64,000 nucleotides of DNA from Geosiphon pyriformis uo1 (Eukaryota > Fungi > Glomeromycota), in NCBI GenBank assembly GCA_016748015.1, contig JAAOMT010000727.1, positions 282,203 through 346,202 of the forward strand, written 5' to 3'. Below, piece by piece: positions 24,901-37,736 of the stretch (its first letter is position 1; every line of letters begins with the position of its first letter). Made by a program: the position numbers and the translations under genes. The notes under the pieces are model-generated. The model had not been told where the DNA came from and did no database searches. It was given only the letters and a program-made list of their open reading frames with translations.

Positions 24901-27565
24901 ATGCTGAAATGATTTTTGACTTAGCAATGGCATTGATCAATGGAGCCATTCAAGAAAATGTCCACCAAATGAAAGAAGCTAAATACATTGAGTATACCAT
25001 GGAATTAGCTGGATTTGATTATGAAGATGAAGTAGAAACCTACCACCAAATTGCAAGCCACACATACTCGACTCAAGAAGCTCAAATTCAATGATTAGAG
25101 TAAATGAATATTCAATTGTGTGAAAAATGCATCATGTCTTGTGATGACAAATGGTGTCTAGAATGCTATGCTCTTAGCATTCCCCTGTCAGAGGAGAATA
25201 ATGAAAATAAAATCGAATTTGGAGTATTCGAACTAGTAGAAGAACTACCAACCATCCCCATCTATCTTCTTAAAAAGCAACCACCTCTACAACTTAAATA
25301 TTTTGACAACCATGGCCAAGGAATCAGACCAGAAAAAGCACACGAAATTGATGCCAGATATGACCTAAGATACCCAGAAAAAGATACTTTGATTCTCCAA
25401 CCAAAGTCTTTGACAAAAATAAATCTCAAAATTGCTCTTGAAATTCTACCTGGAGCAATGGTTCAAATTGCCTTCAAATTATCATTGGCAAGCAAAAGAA
25501 TCAATATTAGAGGAGGAGTTATAGATGCAGGATACACTAGAGACATTACCATCATGTTGCAGAATGAAACAGACAAACCATTCAAGATTGAACATGCTGA
25601 AAAAATTGCTCAAGCAATTTACCTATTCTTAATCAATATTTCGGGTCTACAATCAGTTAACAACAGAGAACAATTGGGAAAAAGTGAAAGAAAAACTCAA
25701 GATTTTGGTTCAACTAGATGATTTACAGTTTTAGTAAACATAGCTCTTAAAATACAAAATGAATCTCACCAGATTCATCAACTTCCCCAACCAATTACCA
25801 TTTCACTTTTTGGAGAACATTACGAAATTTACACTTGCTCAAAACCCACTATTACTCAACAAATCTTTGAATCCAATGAACAAATCTGTTTGAAGCATAA
25901 AATCTCAATTCCAAACGTTTATATTCCCAAAGGAATGAAAAAATTTTGAGTTACATTCTATAACCCCAATAATTACCTTATTGTTTTATTAAACAAATTA
26001 GAGATTGGAATCATACACAGCAATATTTTTCAAGATGAAAACCCTCAAATTGTCTCTAATTTTATCGAAATTGTAAGGCACACTCTACTCCCAAATTCAA
26101 ATATCATTCCCACTACTGAAAACTACCATCTTTTGGAAGAAAAACTCTCTCGTATTAACATGGGTCCCTTAGAACTTCAACAACAAAGACAATTGAAACA
26201 ATTGATAGTTGAATTTGCAGATATATTTGCAAAAGACTACAATGACCTGGGAAAAACGGATATTGTTCAACATCAGATCCATACAAGAGATGCTTCACCA
26301 AAATGTTAGCAAGCTTATAGAGTGCCATCTGCCAGTCACCAATTCATCAAAGAAGAAGTCCAGAGAATGTTCAATAACGGATTGATTCAACCATCAAGAA
26401 GTTCTTGGGCCTTACCAGTAGTCCTTGTCAAAAAGAAAAATAGAAAAATCAGATTTTGTGTTAACTATTGCTAATTAAACAGTATGACAATTGGAGATGC
26501 CTACCCTCTTTTAAGAATTGATAATATGTTAGATGCTTTAGGAAAGCCAAGTTCTTCTCAACTTTAGACTTGGAAAGTGGATACTGGCAAGTCGAAATGG
26601 ACCCAAAAGACTGACCCAAAACAGCATTTACCACCCAAAAAGGAAACTATGAGTTCAATGTTATGTCTTTTGGACTCTACAATGCACTGGCAACATTTCA
26701 GCGACTCATGGATGTTGTATATGAAGGGCTCTTGTGGCAATCAGTAGTTGTCTATCTTGATAACACTAATGTATACTCACCAAGCTTTAAAGCCCACCTT
26801 ATTCACCTACGAAAAGTTTTTTAACAATTACGGAAAGCAGGATTAAAGTTAAACATTGAAAAATGTCACTTTAGAAAAACAAGCTTGATTTTTCTTGGAC
26901 ACATAGTTAGTAAAGATGGAGTCAAACCAAATCCAGGAACAATCAGTGCTGTCAAAAACTTTCAAACTTCCAGAAATACTACAGAACTATGAGAATTTGT
27001 AGGATTAGCCTCTTACTATCAAAAATTCATAAAAGAATTCTCAGAAATTGCCAAACCACTCAATTATCTTACCAACAAAAACATGCTATACAAATGGACT
27101 GAAGAACAACAAAAAGCTTTTGAAACTCTCAAAACAAAATTGACATCAGCCCCAGTTCTTGCTAACCCAGACTTCAACAAACAATTTCAATTAGCCACTG
27201 ATACTTTATACATAGCATTTGGTGCCATCTTATTACAATTAGATGAAAATGGGCAAGAACAAATCATCGTCTATGCTAGTAGAACACTCAAACCAACAGA
27301 ACTAAAATATGGCTCAACTGAATTAGAAGCTGCCACAGTCATCTGGGCTCTTAAACATTTTCAACAATATCTAAAAAATGGAAAAGAATTTGACATCATA
27401 ACTAACAATATTGATCTTAAATGGCTCAATAAAAAGAAAACTGAACAAAATGCCAAACAGTCTCAATTGAATAACTTCTTAGCAGACTACAAATATATTG
27501 TACACCACAAACCAGGAAAAATACACACTAATGTTGACAGCCTCTCAAGGATGAGACAATATTAA
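21930..27565 (+). pseudogene. Element C gag-pol (N-extension, capsid, CCHC 23373-23414, protease ~23990-24300, Cys-rich domain, dUTPase, RT, RNase H)
   Basis: ORF fragments 22155, 22602, 23157, 24081, 24417, 24738 and 25104 share one frame; LILDNRSAGS (DSG decayed); one frameshift near 26550; stop at 27563-27565. Start approximate. Confidence 0.9.
25290..25721 (+). pseudogene. dUTPase domain of C
   Basis: KAHEIDARYDL, GGVIDAGYTRDI, EKIAQAI and C-terminal RKTQDFGSTR match trimeric dUTPase motifs. Confidence 0.9.
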
Positions 27566-27621
27566 TACCAACATCAACACCAACAAACTTAACAGTAAAA
27601 CAAACAACAAAATCAACAACA

Positions 27622-29007
27622 ATAGATTCAGAAAACTACAACAACATCAAAAACTATTGGGAGACTCTTACCATGTCAGAAAATTGGTCCCCAAGTAAAA
27701 AACATCGATTATAACACCAATCCAAACAATATTTTATACACCACAACAAAATCTATTACAAAAATCATAAAAATCCAAACCAACCACTCAAATTAGTACA
27801 GGAAAATGAAAAAGAAACAATTTTATATAACATGCACACAGATCCGTCTTCAGCACACTTGGAAAGAGATAAAACAATTCAAAGAACTCTTGAACATTAT
27901 TTTTGGCCTAACATGCAAAAAGACATTTAACAATATGTAAAATCTTATAATAGTTGTCAAAGAAGAGAAAAAACTCATCCCACAGAACCTTTAAATCCAA
28001 TCAAAGTTGAACAACCATTTGACAGAGTTGAAATTGATTTAGTCAGACCATTACCTATTACAACCCAAGAAAATTGCTATATTGCAGTAGCAGTAGATTA
28101 TTTTACCAAATGGCCTGAAGCTAGAGCCATCCAAAGAGCAGATGCAAAATTAGTAGCAAATTTGATCTATGAAGACATTATTTGTAGACATGAATGTCCA
28201 ATTGAACTCTTATCTGATCAAGAAACACATTTTGTGAACAACTTAATACAAGAAATTTGTGAATGATTCAATGTTATAAGACCTTTATTATCGTCTTATC
28301 ATTTTCAAACAAATGGACTTGTAGAATGTTTCAACAGAACATTGTGTGAATTGTTAGCCAAAGTTTCAACAGATTTTGAGCAGGAATGAGATATTTTTAT
28401 TCCATCAGTGTTACTAGCATACAGAACACTAAAACAAGATACTATAAAACACACACCATTTGACTTTACTTATAAAAGAACAGCAATATTACCAATTAAT
28501 TTCACAGTAAAAACATATCCAGTGCAACCAATCAATGAAGAAAACTTTCAAAAAACACTCCAAAGAAGGGCCTACACTTTTCTCAGTACACTGAAAGAAA
28601 AAAGAAGAATAGCAGCAACTCATATTGAACATTCCCAAGTTCAACAAAAAGAAAGACATGACAACAAATTACCACCCATTATCAACAAATTTAAAGTTGG
28701 AAATAAAGTTCTCTTACACAGAACTAAGGCTAAAAAACAATGAAGTGAAAAATTTGAAAACAAATGGGATGAACTATTTTATATTTACAAAATTCTAGGC
28801 AATAGATCATACAAGTTAAGACTTGATGATAAAATACTAGCAAAAGTTGCACATAGAGACAGATTGAAACACTATCATTTCAGAAACAATCTTGAAACAT
28901 TAATTCCACAAATTGGTACATATTCCCGTTTAATTAATCCTGAAGATATTCCCCAAAATTTAGAACCAATAATTATAATAGAACAACAACCAAACTTAAA
29001 CACTTAA
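27622..29007 (+). pseudogene. Element C integrase (separate ORF; start decayed to ATA)
   Basis: HHCC, DDE and GPY/F remnants; different frame from RNase H. Confidence 0.88.
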
Positions 29008-29153
29008 ATTTTACAATAATTTTTTAATAAAAACACAAAGACAAAAAATAGTAAAAAATTACAAAAAAACACCCAAACCCAAAAACAAATAAAAACTCCA
29101 TATCCAAAAATAATTTTCTTTATTCTCTTTTTTCATAATTAGTCAATTTTATT

Positions 29154-29861
29154 ATAATTATTCCTCGAAATATTCAACAAATATCACAAAAGTTAATGTT
29201 AGTCTTGAAAACACTTCCTGACTTATTCATAACAAGTAATGGAAGTCAAATTAATTACATTTAGAAAAAAACCACAGTCTCAGTAGTAAATCATTTACAG
29301 AACTATCACTCCTATAGAAGAAAAACAAGAAGTCACTCTGAAAATAGGTTACCAAGACTTTTGAAGCAAGCACTGAAAGAAAATCTTTTAATTGTCTTTA
29401 TTAACATTCCACTAAATGCTACAATGCAACAAAAACTTCTACTATTTTTCAATGAACAGAACAATGAACACACCCCTATCTATAAATACTTTTACATTGA
29501 AAAAACACTTTATGAACGAAAACTGGAACTTAAAACAACAAATCTCACTCCTGAAGCTATACAAAAACAAATTCATAATGAATTCAAAACAGCAGCTGGA
29601 CCAACAAACACTTGCTACAAACTTAGAGCAGCTTTTAGACTCTATAATTTGTTTAATACTTGTAAAAATTTTCTACAAAATTTAATACTACAACCAATGA
29701 AAGTCCAATATATTGGCAAACTCACAGAACTGAAATTTCAACAATTTTCAGACCAGATTACTTCAATTATTTTGGATCACTATCTCAATATTACAGATAG
29801 TGCTTGGACTTTGACGGAGCTCAGTCTTGAGGAGAAGATTATGTTATCAGTAGAATTTTAG
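29154..29861 (+). pseudogene. Element C ORF3
   Basis: Homologous to A ORF3 (PIYKYFYI, AAFRLYNLF, IGKLTELKFQQF); start ATA and one internal stop. Confidence 0.8.
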
Positions 29862-30852
29862 CTATTAATTAACATGAAATTACCCTTATAATTCCTATAA
29901 TTAATTAATATATTAATATTATTTCAAATTATCATTTATTATTTAATCAATTATCACATATCACAATTCAATTAAATAATCTAATTAGTATAACAGAAAG
30001 TAAGATGATCAAATTACACAATACCCTGAACTTTGTAACATTCAAAAATTCACCAAAATTTACAGAAATTTGCCAAAATTTATATGAAATTCGCCGAAAT
30101 TTATAGAAATTCACTGAAATTATGAATAGTTCATCCAAATTAATCAATAGTTCAGCAAAATAACTTGTAGTTCATCAAAATGTATCTTTAGTTTGCCGAA
30201 ATTTGAGCAAAGAGAAAAAGTGCAAGTTCATAGATTAGTACTACAACAAGTTGTATAAAAAAAAAGCTTTTCTTTTCAAGAAAATGTATCTTACTTTAGA
30301 TTTATCCTTTAGAACTGTTCTTATACACAAAAAAGAAATAAATATCAAATAATTCGAAATACCAAATTTTTTAATTATTGCACTTAGAAAATCTCCAAAA
30401 CCCAACTAACATTTCGAAATTAATTAGCTACCAATTTCAGTAAACTGTTAGTAACTTCAGGCCTGAATAGAAAACGTTTCCCTTGACAGAATTCAATTTT
30501 TTTTACTTTTCTTTTACTTTTATTTTATTTTCTTATTATAATGATTAGAGTAGCTTACAGATGAGATTCCTGTAGAAGAGTTGACTTTCACAGCAAAGTA
30601 ACTACACATTTTTAAGTGAGCTTCCAGACAAGCAATTTTTGGAAAAGAGTTGATGTTTATTATAATGTAACTACATAAAGTAACTGGCAAGGAATTGGCC
30701 ATTTTACTTATAAGCCCAGCAGTTTAAATTATAAGAGATAATTTGAAGATAAATTCAGTTACTAGAAGTTTAACTACTTCTAGCAAACATGGATTTGCAA
30801 CCAACAAACGTTTACAACATTCAAAAAAAGAGACCAAAAACTTCCAGTAATA
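29842..30852 (+). repeat. 3' LTR of C
   Basis: TGTTATCAG...CAGTAATA. Confidence 0.94.
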
Positions 30853-30869
30853 CTGGTAAAGCCAGTTGC

Positions 30870-31935
30870 TATTACCCAAGTAGAAAAACTGATCCAAAGT
30901 TATGAAGAAATATGACCAAAACATAACATAACACAGAATAATGTACAATAACATTGGATAATACATTATAACGTAGGATAATGTGTTATAATGCAGGATA
31001 ATACAGAATAGCACGTAATAACGTAGGATAACACAGAATAACATGTAATAATGTCAGATAATGTGTTATAACATAAGATAACTAGCAATAATGTAGAAAA
31101 ATGAAGCAATAACAGAAACAACAAAGCAATAGTTAGCAATAGCAAGACAATTGAAAGCAATCCTATAAAACCAAAAGAATATATAAAAGCAAATAGTTGT
31201 AAAAGTGAGAAAAAACAGACAGATAGATACAAACCTTTAGACAAGAATTAAATATCCATACCCCTTTATTCTTTATTATCTTCTCTATTTCATCTCCTAA
31301 AATAAACCAATTATTAAAAGAAATCAGAATCACAAATTCATGTTCTTAAACTTTGTGGAATTTATGTAAATTAATCTTTGTCTTATACTTCCATTCTAGA
31401 ACAGATGCTCTTAGCATAACCATTTTGAACCTATTAACAATTTAGACCAATTGCTCTTGATCATGGTGATTGATGATACTAATTTATCTTTTTTTTCTTT
31501 CTTTTTCTTTTCTTTTTTTTCTTTTTTTTTCTTTTTCTGTCTTATTTTTGTGAAGTGGCAACATAGTAAAATCGACTGTCTGGGAATAAACTTCGTAATA
31601 GCCTGGTAAAAGAGGGAAGCTCCTCCTAAGTTTTGGATATTAACATTATCTTGTTAGCTTACCAAAAGGGTGAAAAGACAACACTAGACCCTAATGACTA
31701 TGCTCGTTAGCTTGGAGAAGAAAGCTTATATTTACAAAAAACATTGTAATTGACGAAAGACAAATTCTGTGTCTTATAACCAAAGAACTCAACAGGTAAA
31801 TTCACATCCAGGAATAGATCTTCAGAGACTGATAATTAAGACTAAAGCCAACAGAATTACGTGATAAATGCATCATCAATAATTGAGAGCACCAAACGTT
31901 ACCATTTCCCATACCCACCAAGTTTATCTGTAACA
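30870..31935 (+). repeat. 5' LTR of D
   Basis: 10-bp ATAACRYAGR array at 30920-31090; TATA at ~31180; ends TGTAACA. Confidence 0.94.
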
Positions 31936-31997
31936 TTTGGTGTTCCCTGTGAGGTTATAAATCCACAGAGACAGAGCACTCCCAAAAATACATAAAA

Positions 31998-34900
31998 GTG
32001 GTGACTATCAAAACAATAGGAAAGGACCACTCTTCGTATAGAAAAGCACTATTTCAATACTTTTGAAAAGACTTAGGAATACCAGCAGAAACTGCTTATG
32101 CAGAAAGTGATCTTTGTAACTATATCAACGCAAAAATCAACTGCTTGTTAGGCTGCACAACTGATACAAAAAGACTTGAAAAACAAATCCATTAAAGCTT
32201 ACTAGGGTACTCAACAGCCACAACTACCCGAGCAATTGCTGAAACTCTGTGCATAATTAATACAGACATTAAATATTATGTGGCACAACAATTCTCTCAA
32301 GTACAACAACCAGTAGAATCTGACCCTGAGAAATACAAAAATGAATCCAACAACCCTGTAACTGCCCAAGCCAAGTCCACAGTCAACAAAAAACCAAGGG
32401 TCCTTACCCCAACAACTCCATTATACTATTAGACACCAAAGTAGAATTGTATTCAACTCACCCCTGGAAACTCAGTCAGAAACACCATGAACTTCTGGAA
32501 ATCCACACTTTTAGAATCAACACAGTTGGACCAAATCACTAAGAGAAAACAAATTGCTGTTTGGAAATCTTACCCCAGCAGACAGTTAAACAGAAGGAAA
32601 CCCATCAACTTGGGAACAGCCACCAGCACAAAACCTAGCAGAATCAGCATCTCCTCTGATGGAAAAAACAGCTATCTTACAACCTATTGGTTCAAGTGAC
32701 AAAGGAAAACAACCAGCATTAGCACCCGGAAAACACTTGAATACACAGACACCAATCTCTTTAAACATAACCAATAACACCCCACCCATTAACTGGATCA
32801 TGGCTTACTGGAATATTGCTAAATTGGAAAAATTCTCTGGTAAAGAAGATAATGCATATTCTTGGATTGTGGACACTGAGAAAGCAATTACCGCTAACGG
32901 TTGGAACGACGACCACACAATTCAGACACTGCCATTTTTTCTGACTGGAACTGCCAATTTGTGGTATTAAAGCTTCACAGAGAAGCCTACCTCCTTTACC
33001 GAGTTTAAACTTGCATTTCTGCAATACTTCTGTGACCCCAATACATTAATCCGATTGCAGAATCAATTCAGCATAATTAAACAAAAAGATCATAAAGCAG
33101 TAACTACTTATCTTGAACAATTCAATCAAATCCTGCATCAAATATTAGCTATTGAAAGGGACTACTATACCACAGCACAAGTTCTTAATCAATTCATTAA
33201 AAGATTGTGGAGTAATATTCTAAGATCTGTAAGACCCTGCCATCCAACCAGTTTACAAGACACTATCACTCTCACTCGCGATTTTGAGTCTGCAGAACAA
33301 GAAGCGAACCATACCCAAGCCATTAATTTAGCCATTAATAGAACCTCTAACATCAACACAAAGATAACCCAATTAAAAAGAAACTTACCAACCACCCCAA
33401 CGGAGAGAAAATAACAACAACAGCAGATACCCACAGCAATAGAACTATTAGCAACAGCAACAATCTTGGAGATCCGATCCCCACAACTGTTACTACTGCC
33501 AGAAACCTGGACACATTGCCCGTGACTGCAGAAGGAAGATCATGGACCAAAATCAAGGAAACCCATACCAGCAACCCAGATATCAGCAAAACATGGTACC
33601 CCAATATTTCATACCTCAGAATCAATCACCTCTATATGCACAACAAGTCCCGTACACTTAACCACCACCCCAAAATTATTATCAATTACTACCAATGACA
33701 CAAGCAATCTCTTACTATCAAACTTTCCCTTACAGCCCATCCAGACTTTGAGCTATAGACTATAATCAGGGATGGAGGAATCCCAACAACAATCAGGTGC
33801 AAACCAACAGTGGACTGTCTCGACCAATCCCTCATGGTTCTGTCTAATCTTGACTAATACCAACTGGATACCTGAATCAAGCTTCCTATCTCGGTCTTAT
33901 GGAAGACCAGAGTTTTGATAAATCTACACCTGTGGAAGGGGAGGATATAGAACAAATCTTTTAACCTTCCAAGCAAACAAAAAGCAATATCCCACCAGCC
34001 ACTATTACTGAAGACACCATCCTAGCTGCCATATTTCTTTTTGACATTGATAATTTGAACACTCATAGCCTTTTTAGTAGAGCAGCCATCAATCAGAATA
34101 AACCAATAATGGCTCTATATACTGATGCCAGAGTTGGAGGAATAAACATTAAATTAATCCTGGATAGCAAATCAGCTGGTAGCATAATCATGAAGCAGCT
34201 CATAGACCAACTAAGTTACTGAGTAGACTGTGCTGCTACTGTTCGGATCATTACAGTAGATGGAAACACAAAAACTCTGATAGGAGAAATTGACAACTTC
34301 CCCTTCGAGATTAATGGAATCCAAATCCCTACCAAAATACTCATTATGGAAGCTACTCAATATTAAGCTCTAGTAGAAAACGATTGGTTGTTAAAAGCGA
34401 ATGCTACTCTTGACTGGAACACCTAAAAACTTCAATTCACATTCAATGGACAGCATGCCCAAGTTCCAGCTACATGCAAACACTTTAAAACCCAATGTAC
34501 TGAGGAATCTCTTATTAAATTCGAAGACACATCAATGCCACCAACCATCAAGATCTATCAGATTTCATGGACGGATGATTATCAAACTGAACTACCCCAC
34601 CAATCTGAGAAGAAAAAAAAAAGGCAGAACCGAAGAAGAACCCCAATTGTCATTATTAGGATATGTAACCTCAGACCAAAGAAACTTATTTTACCAACCC
34701 CCAAGACTAATATGTGTCAATTGTGGAAAAAAACTATCCACTATGGGCGCATGTATCAGGGACAACAAAAAATGGCCCACTACTACCAAATACTATTGCA
34801 GACCTTGTTTACTGGAAAGATTTGGACAACCAAAATGATAAGACAAATGGGACAACACGCCATGCCTCACATGTGACAAAATCCTGCCAGATGAAGGACT

Positions 34901-37726
34901 CTGGAATGATGTGCCTGGCAGAGGAGGAACATGTGATGAGGCTTGTCAATACACCATATTAATCAACGATTGGGTATGAAAGAGAACTCCTATCGAGAAC
35001 GCTTGGAAACGAGCACTCAATAGGCTGGATGGTTATCCACACAATGACCACAAAATCTGGAGAATGGCAAGCACCAAGACCGAAGGCGCCATGCCCAAAG
35101 AAATACAAGAAATCAAGGACAACCTTTGGATGCCCAAATATAATAGATCCGACTACCTTGAGGATGATTTTTTTACAGATGACCCAGATGTATTTCAGAA
35201 CCGATATTAGGAATTGGCCCCAATTCACGAAGAATAGGAACAAAGATTGGCTGATTTGAATACCAAACTGTGCGATCACTGTTTGATCCCCTGTCACTTC
35301 CAGTACTGCGACAAATGTGATCTCATGTTCAATCTGCCTCCAAGAATACTGTTTCCAATCACCAAACTATTTGAGCCCGAAGAAGAAGTATTAATCACCA
35401 AGGACATGTCATTTCAAGATCCAACTGACGATACCAAAACAGAACAGTATCTCATGTATCCCAACCTATCCAAAGAACTAGAGCTAAAATAATACAGTAA
35501 CAATGAAGAAAGAATCTGTCCTGAAAGAACGCATAATACCAATGCTGGTTTCGATCTATAATACCCTGGACAATCACCCATCATTATAGCCCCACATTCC
35601 CTTGTAAAAATAGATCTTAAGATAGCGTTAGAAATTCTTGTTAGTACAATGGTACAAGTTGTCTTTTAATCTAGTCTAGCCAAGAAAAGAATCAATGTAA
35701 AAGGAGGAATCATTAATGCCAGTTACATGGGAAACATTATCATGATATTATAGAACAATTCGGACAGATCCTACAAAATAGAATCACAAGAAAAGATTGC
35801 CCAAGCTATCTTCCTACCCCTAGTCAAAATATCTCAATTAACTCTGGTAACAACCCAAGAAGAGTTAGGCCTCACTGCCCGAGGAATCAATGGGTTTGGA
35901 TCAAGTGGAAGAAGAAACATACCAGTTAATTTCACAAAGAAAAACAGTGACCAGATAGAATTTATCAACACTGACATTATCATCTCTATTTCTTTATACC
36001 AACAATACATCCTCAAGGTGAATTGAAAGATCCAAGATCAAGTCCTGTTATTCAAAGCCAGTTCCGAAATCTGTTCCCTAGTCAATATTGCTAATCTATA
36101 TCTACCAGCCAAAGCCCATTAACACTTCAAAATCAACATCCACAACCCAACAGAAAATGTTATTGAAATTCCCGAAGAGACTCTCATTAGTTCCATATCC
36201 ATAGATATTCAGAATTCTGAAAAACCCCAGTCCATTCCAGATTTTGCACAATTATTCTTATTCTGTGATATTACCTCACAAGTATGAAATTTGCCAAAAA
36301 AAAGTTACTTGTTCACACCAGAAGAGATCAATAAATTGAATTTAGTACCCTGCAACAAATGCAACTCAAAGTCCTTCTGAATCAGTATGCCAATATCTTT
36401 GCCAGTGAAAATGAGTTCAGATGCACCAACATTATAAAGCATCAGATTGATATGAGAAACACTTGACCGATTAAGCAATGAGCTTACCACGTACCCCCAT
36501 CTGGCAATAACCTAATTAAGCAAGAAGTGCAACAGATGCTTGATAATGGCCTAATCAAAGAATCGTTAAGCCCTTGGTTCTCTCCAGTAGTTTTGGTCAC
36601 CAAGAAAAACAGAAAAGTGCAATTCTGCGTAGATTATCAAAAACTAAATAGTGTCACACGAGGAGATAGTTATCCCATTCCTCTCATCCAGGAAATTCTG
36701 GACAATCTAGAGAAAAAGAAATAGTTCTCATCATAAAATTTAGCAAGTGGTTACTGGCAAGTTGAAATGGACCCCAAAGACAAAAGAAAAACAGCATTTA
36801 CTACTCGAGACGGAAACTTCAAGTTTAATATAATGCCTTTTGGACTTTGTAATGCTTTTGTCATGTTTCAATGCCTGATAAATGTAATATACAAAAAAAT
36901 CCTTTGGAAATCAGTAGTAGTCTACTTAGACGACACAAACGTGTTCTCTGAAACATTCAATGACCATCTGCTCCACCTGCAACAAGTTTTTAAATGTCTT
37001 TGTAATGCTGGATTGAAACTCAATCCCAAGAAGTGCTTCTTTGGAAAAACCGAGTTAAAATTTCTAGGACATGTAATCGGCAAGGACAGAGTTAAACCTG
37101 ATCCAGATAAAGTACAAAAAGTCAAGGATTTTCTAGCCCCAATCAACCTCAGAGAATTATGAGGATTTCTAGGATTGGCAGGATATTATCGTCGATTTGT
37201 CAAAGGTTTCTTGAACATTGCAAAACCACTCCATTAATTGTTGTCCAAATATATACCATACTTGTAAAAGGAAGATCAACAGAAAGCATTTGACTATCTC
37301 AAGCAGCGATTGATTACATCCCCAATCTTGATTTACCCAGATTTTACTAAAAATTTCATTGTCACTACGGACACCTCAAAAAATGCACTAGGAGCAGTCT
37401 TATCACAGATAAGACCAGACAATAGAGAACACCCAGTTGCCTATGCTAGTCACAGCACTAGCCCAGCAGAAAAGAATTACAGCACAACAGATCTGAAATG
37501 TCTCGCCATTTATTGGGCCATACAAACTTGGAAACATTATCTCAGTCAATTATTTAATCTATATACTGACCACAAAAGACTTATTTGGTTACTCAACAAT
37601 CCACAACTAGAAGGAAAATATGCGAGATGGAATACTTATCTGCAACAATTCCCACTCAAAGTCCATTACAAGAAAGGATCCAAGAACACCAATGCTGACA
37701 GTTTGTCGAAGATGCCACAAACCTAA
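31998..37726 (+). pseudogene. Element D gag-pol (capsid, CCHC CYYCQKPGHIARDC at ~33488, protease, Cys-rich domain 34705-35330, dUTPase 35490-35910, RT, RNase H)
   Basis: IAKLEKFSG...AITANGWND; LILDSKSAG; AGFDL...GGII...RGINGFGSSG; VYLDD; NADSLSKMPQT*. Start approximate. Confidence 0.9.
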
Positions 37727-37736
37727 TCCCAAATCC

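Larger units (their letters stand above)
20896..30852 (+). mobile_element. Full-length Ty3/Gypsy element C
   Basis: LTRs 20896-21896 and 29842-30852; TSD CTGG (20892-20895 and 30853-30856); PBS from 21897; PPT GAGGAGAAGA. Confidence 0.95.

Noticed and set aside
30724-31244. Hydrophobic or repetitive antisense ORFs in LTRs (also 10940-11164 and 39827-40244)
   Set aside because: Products of short tandem arrays and strand A/T skew; boundaries not conserved between LTR copies.
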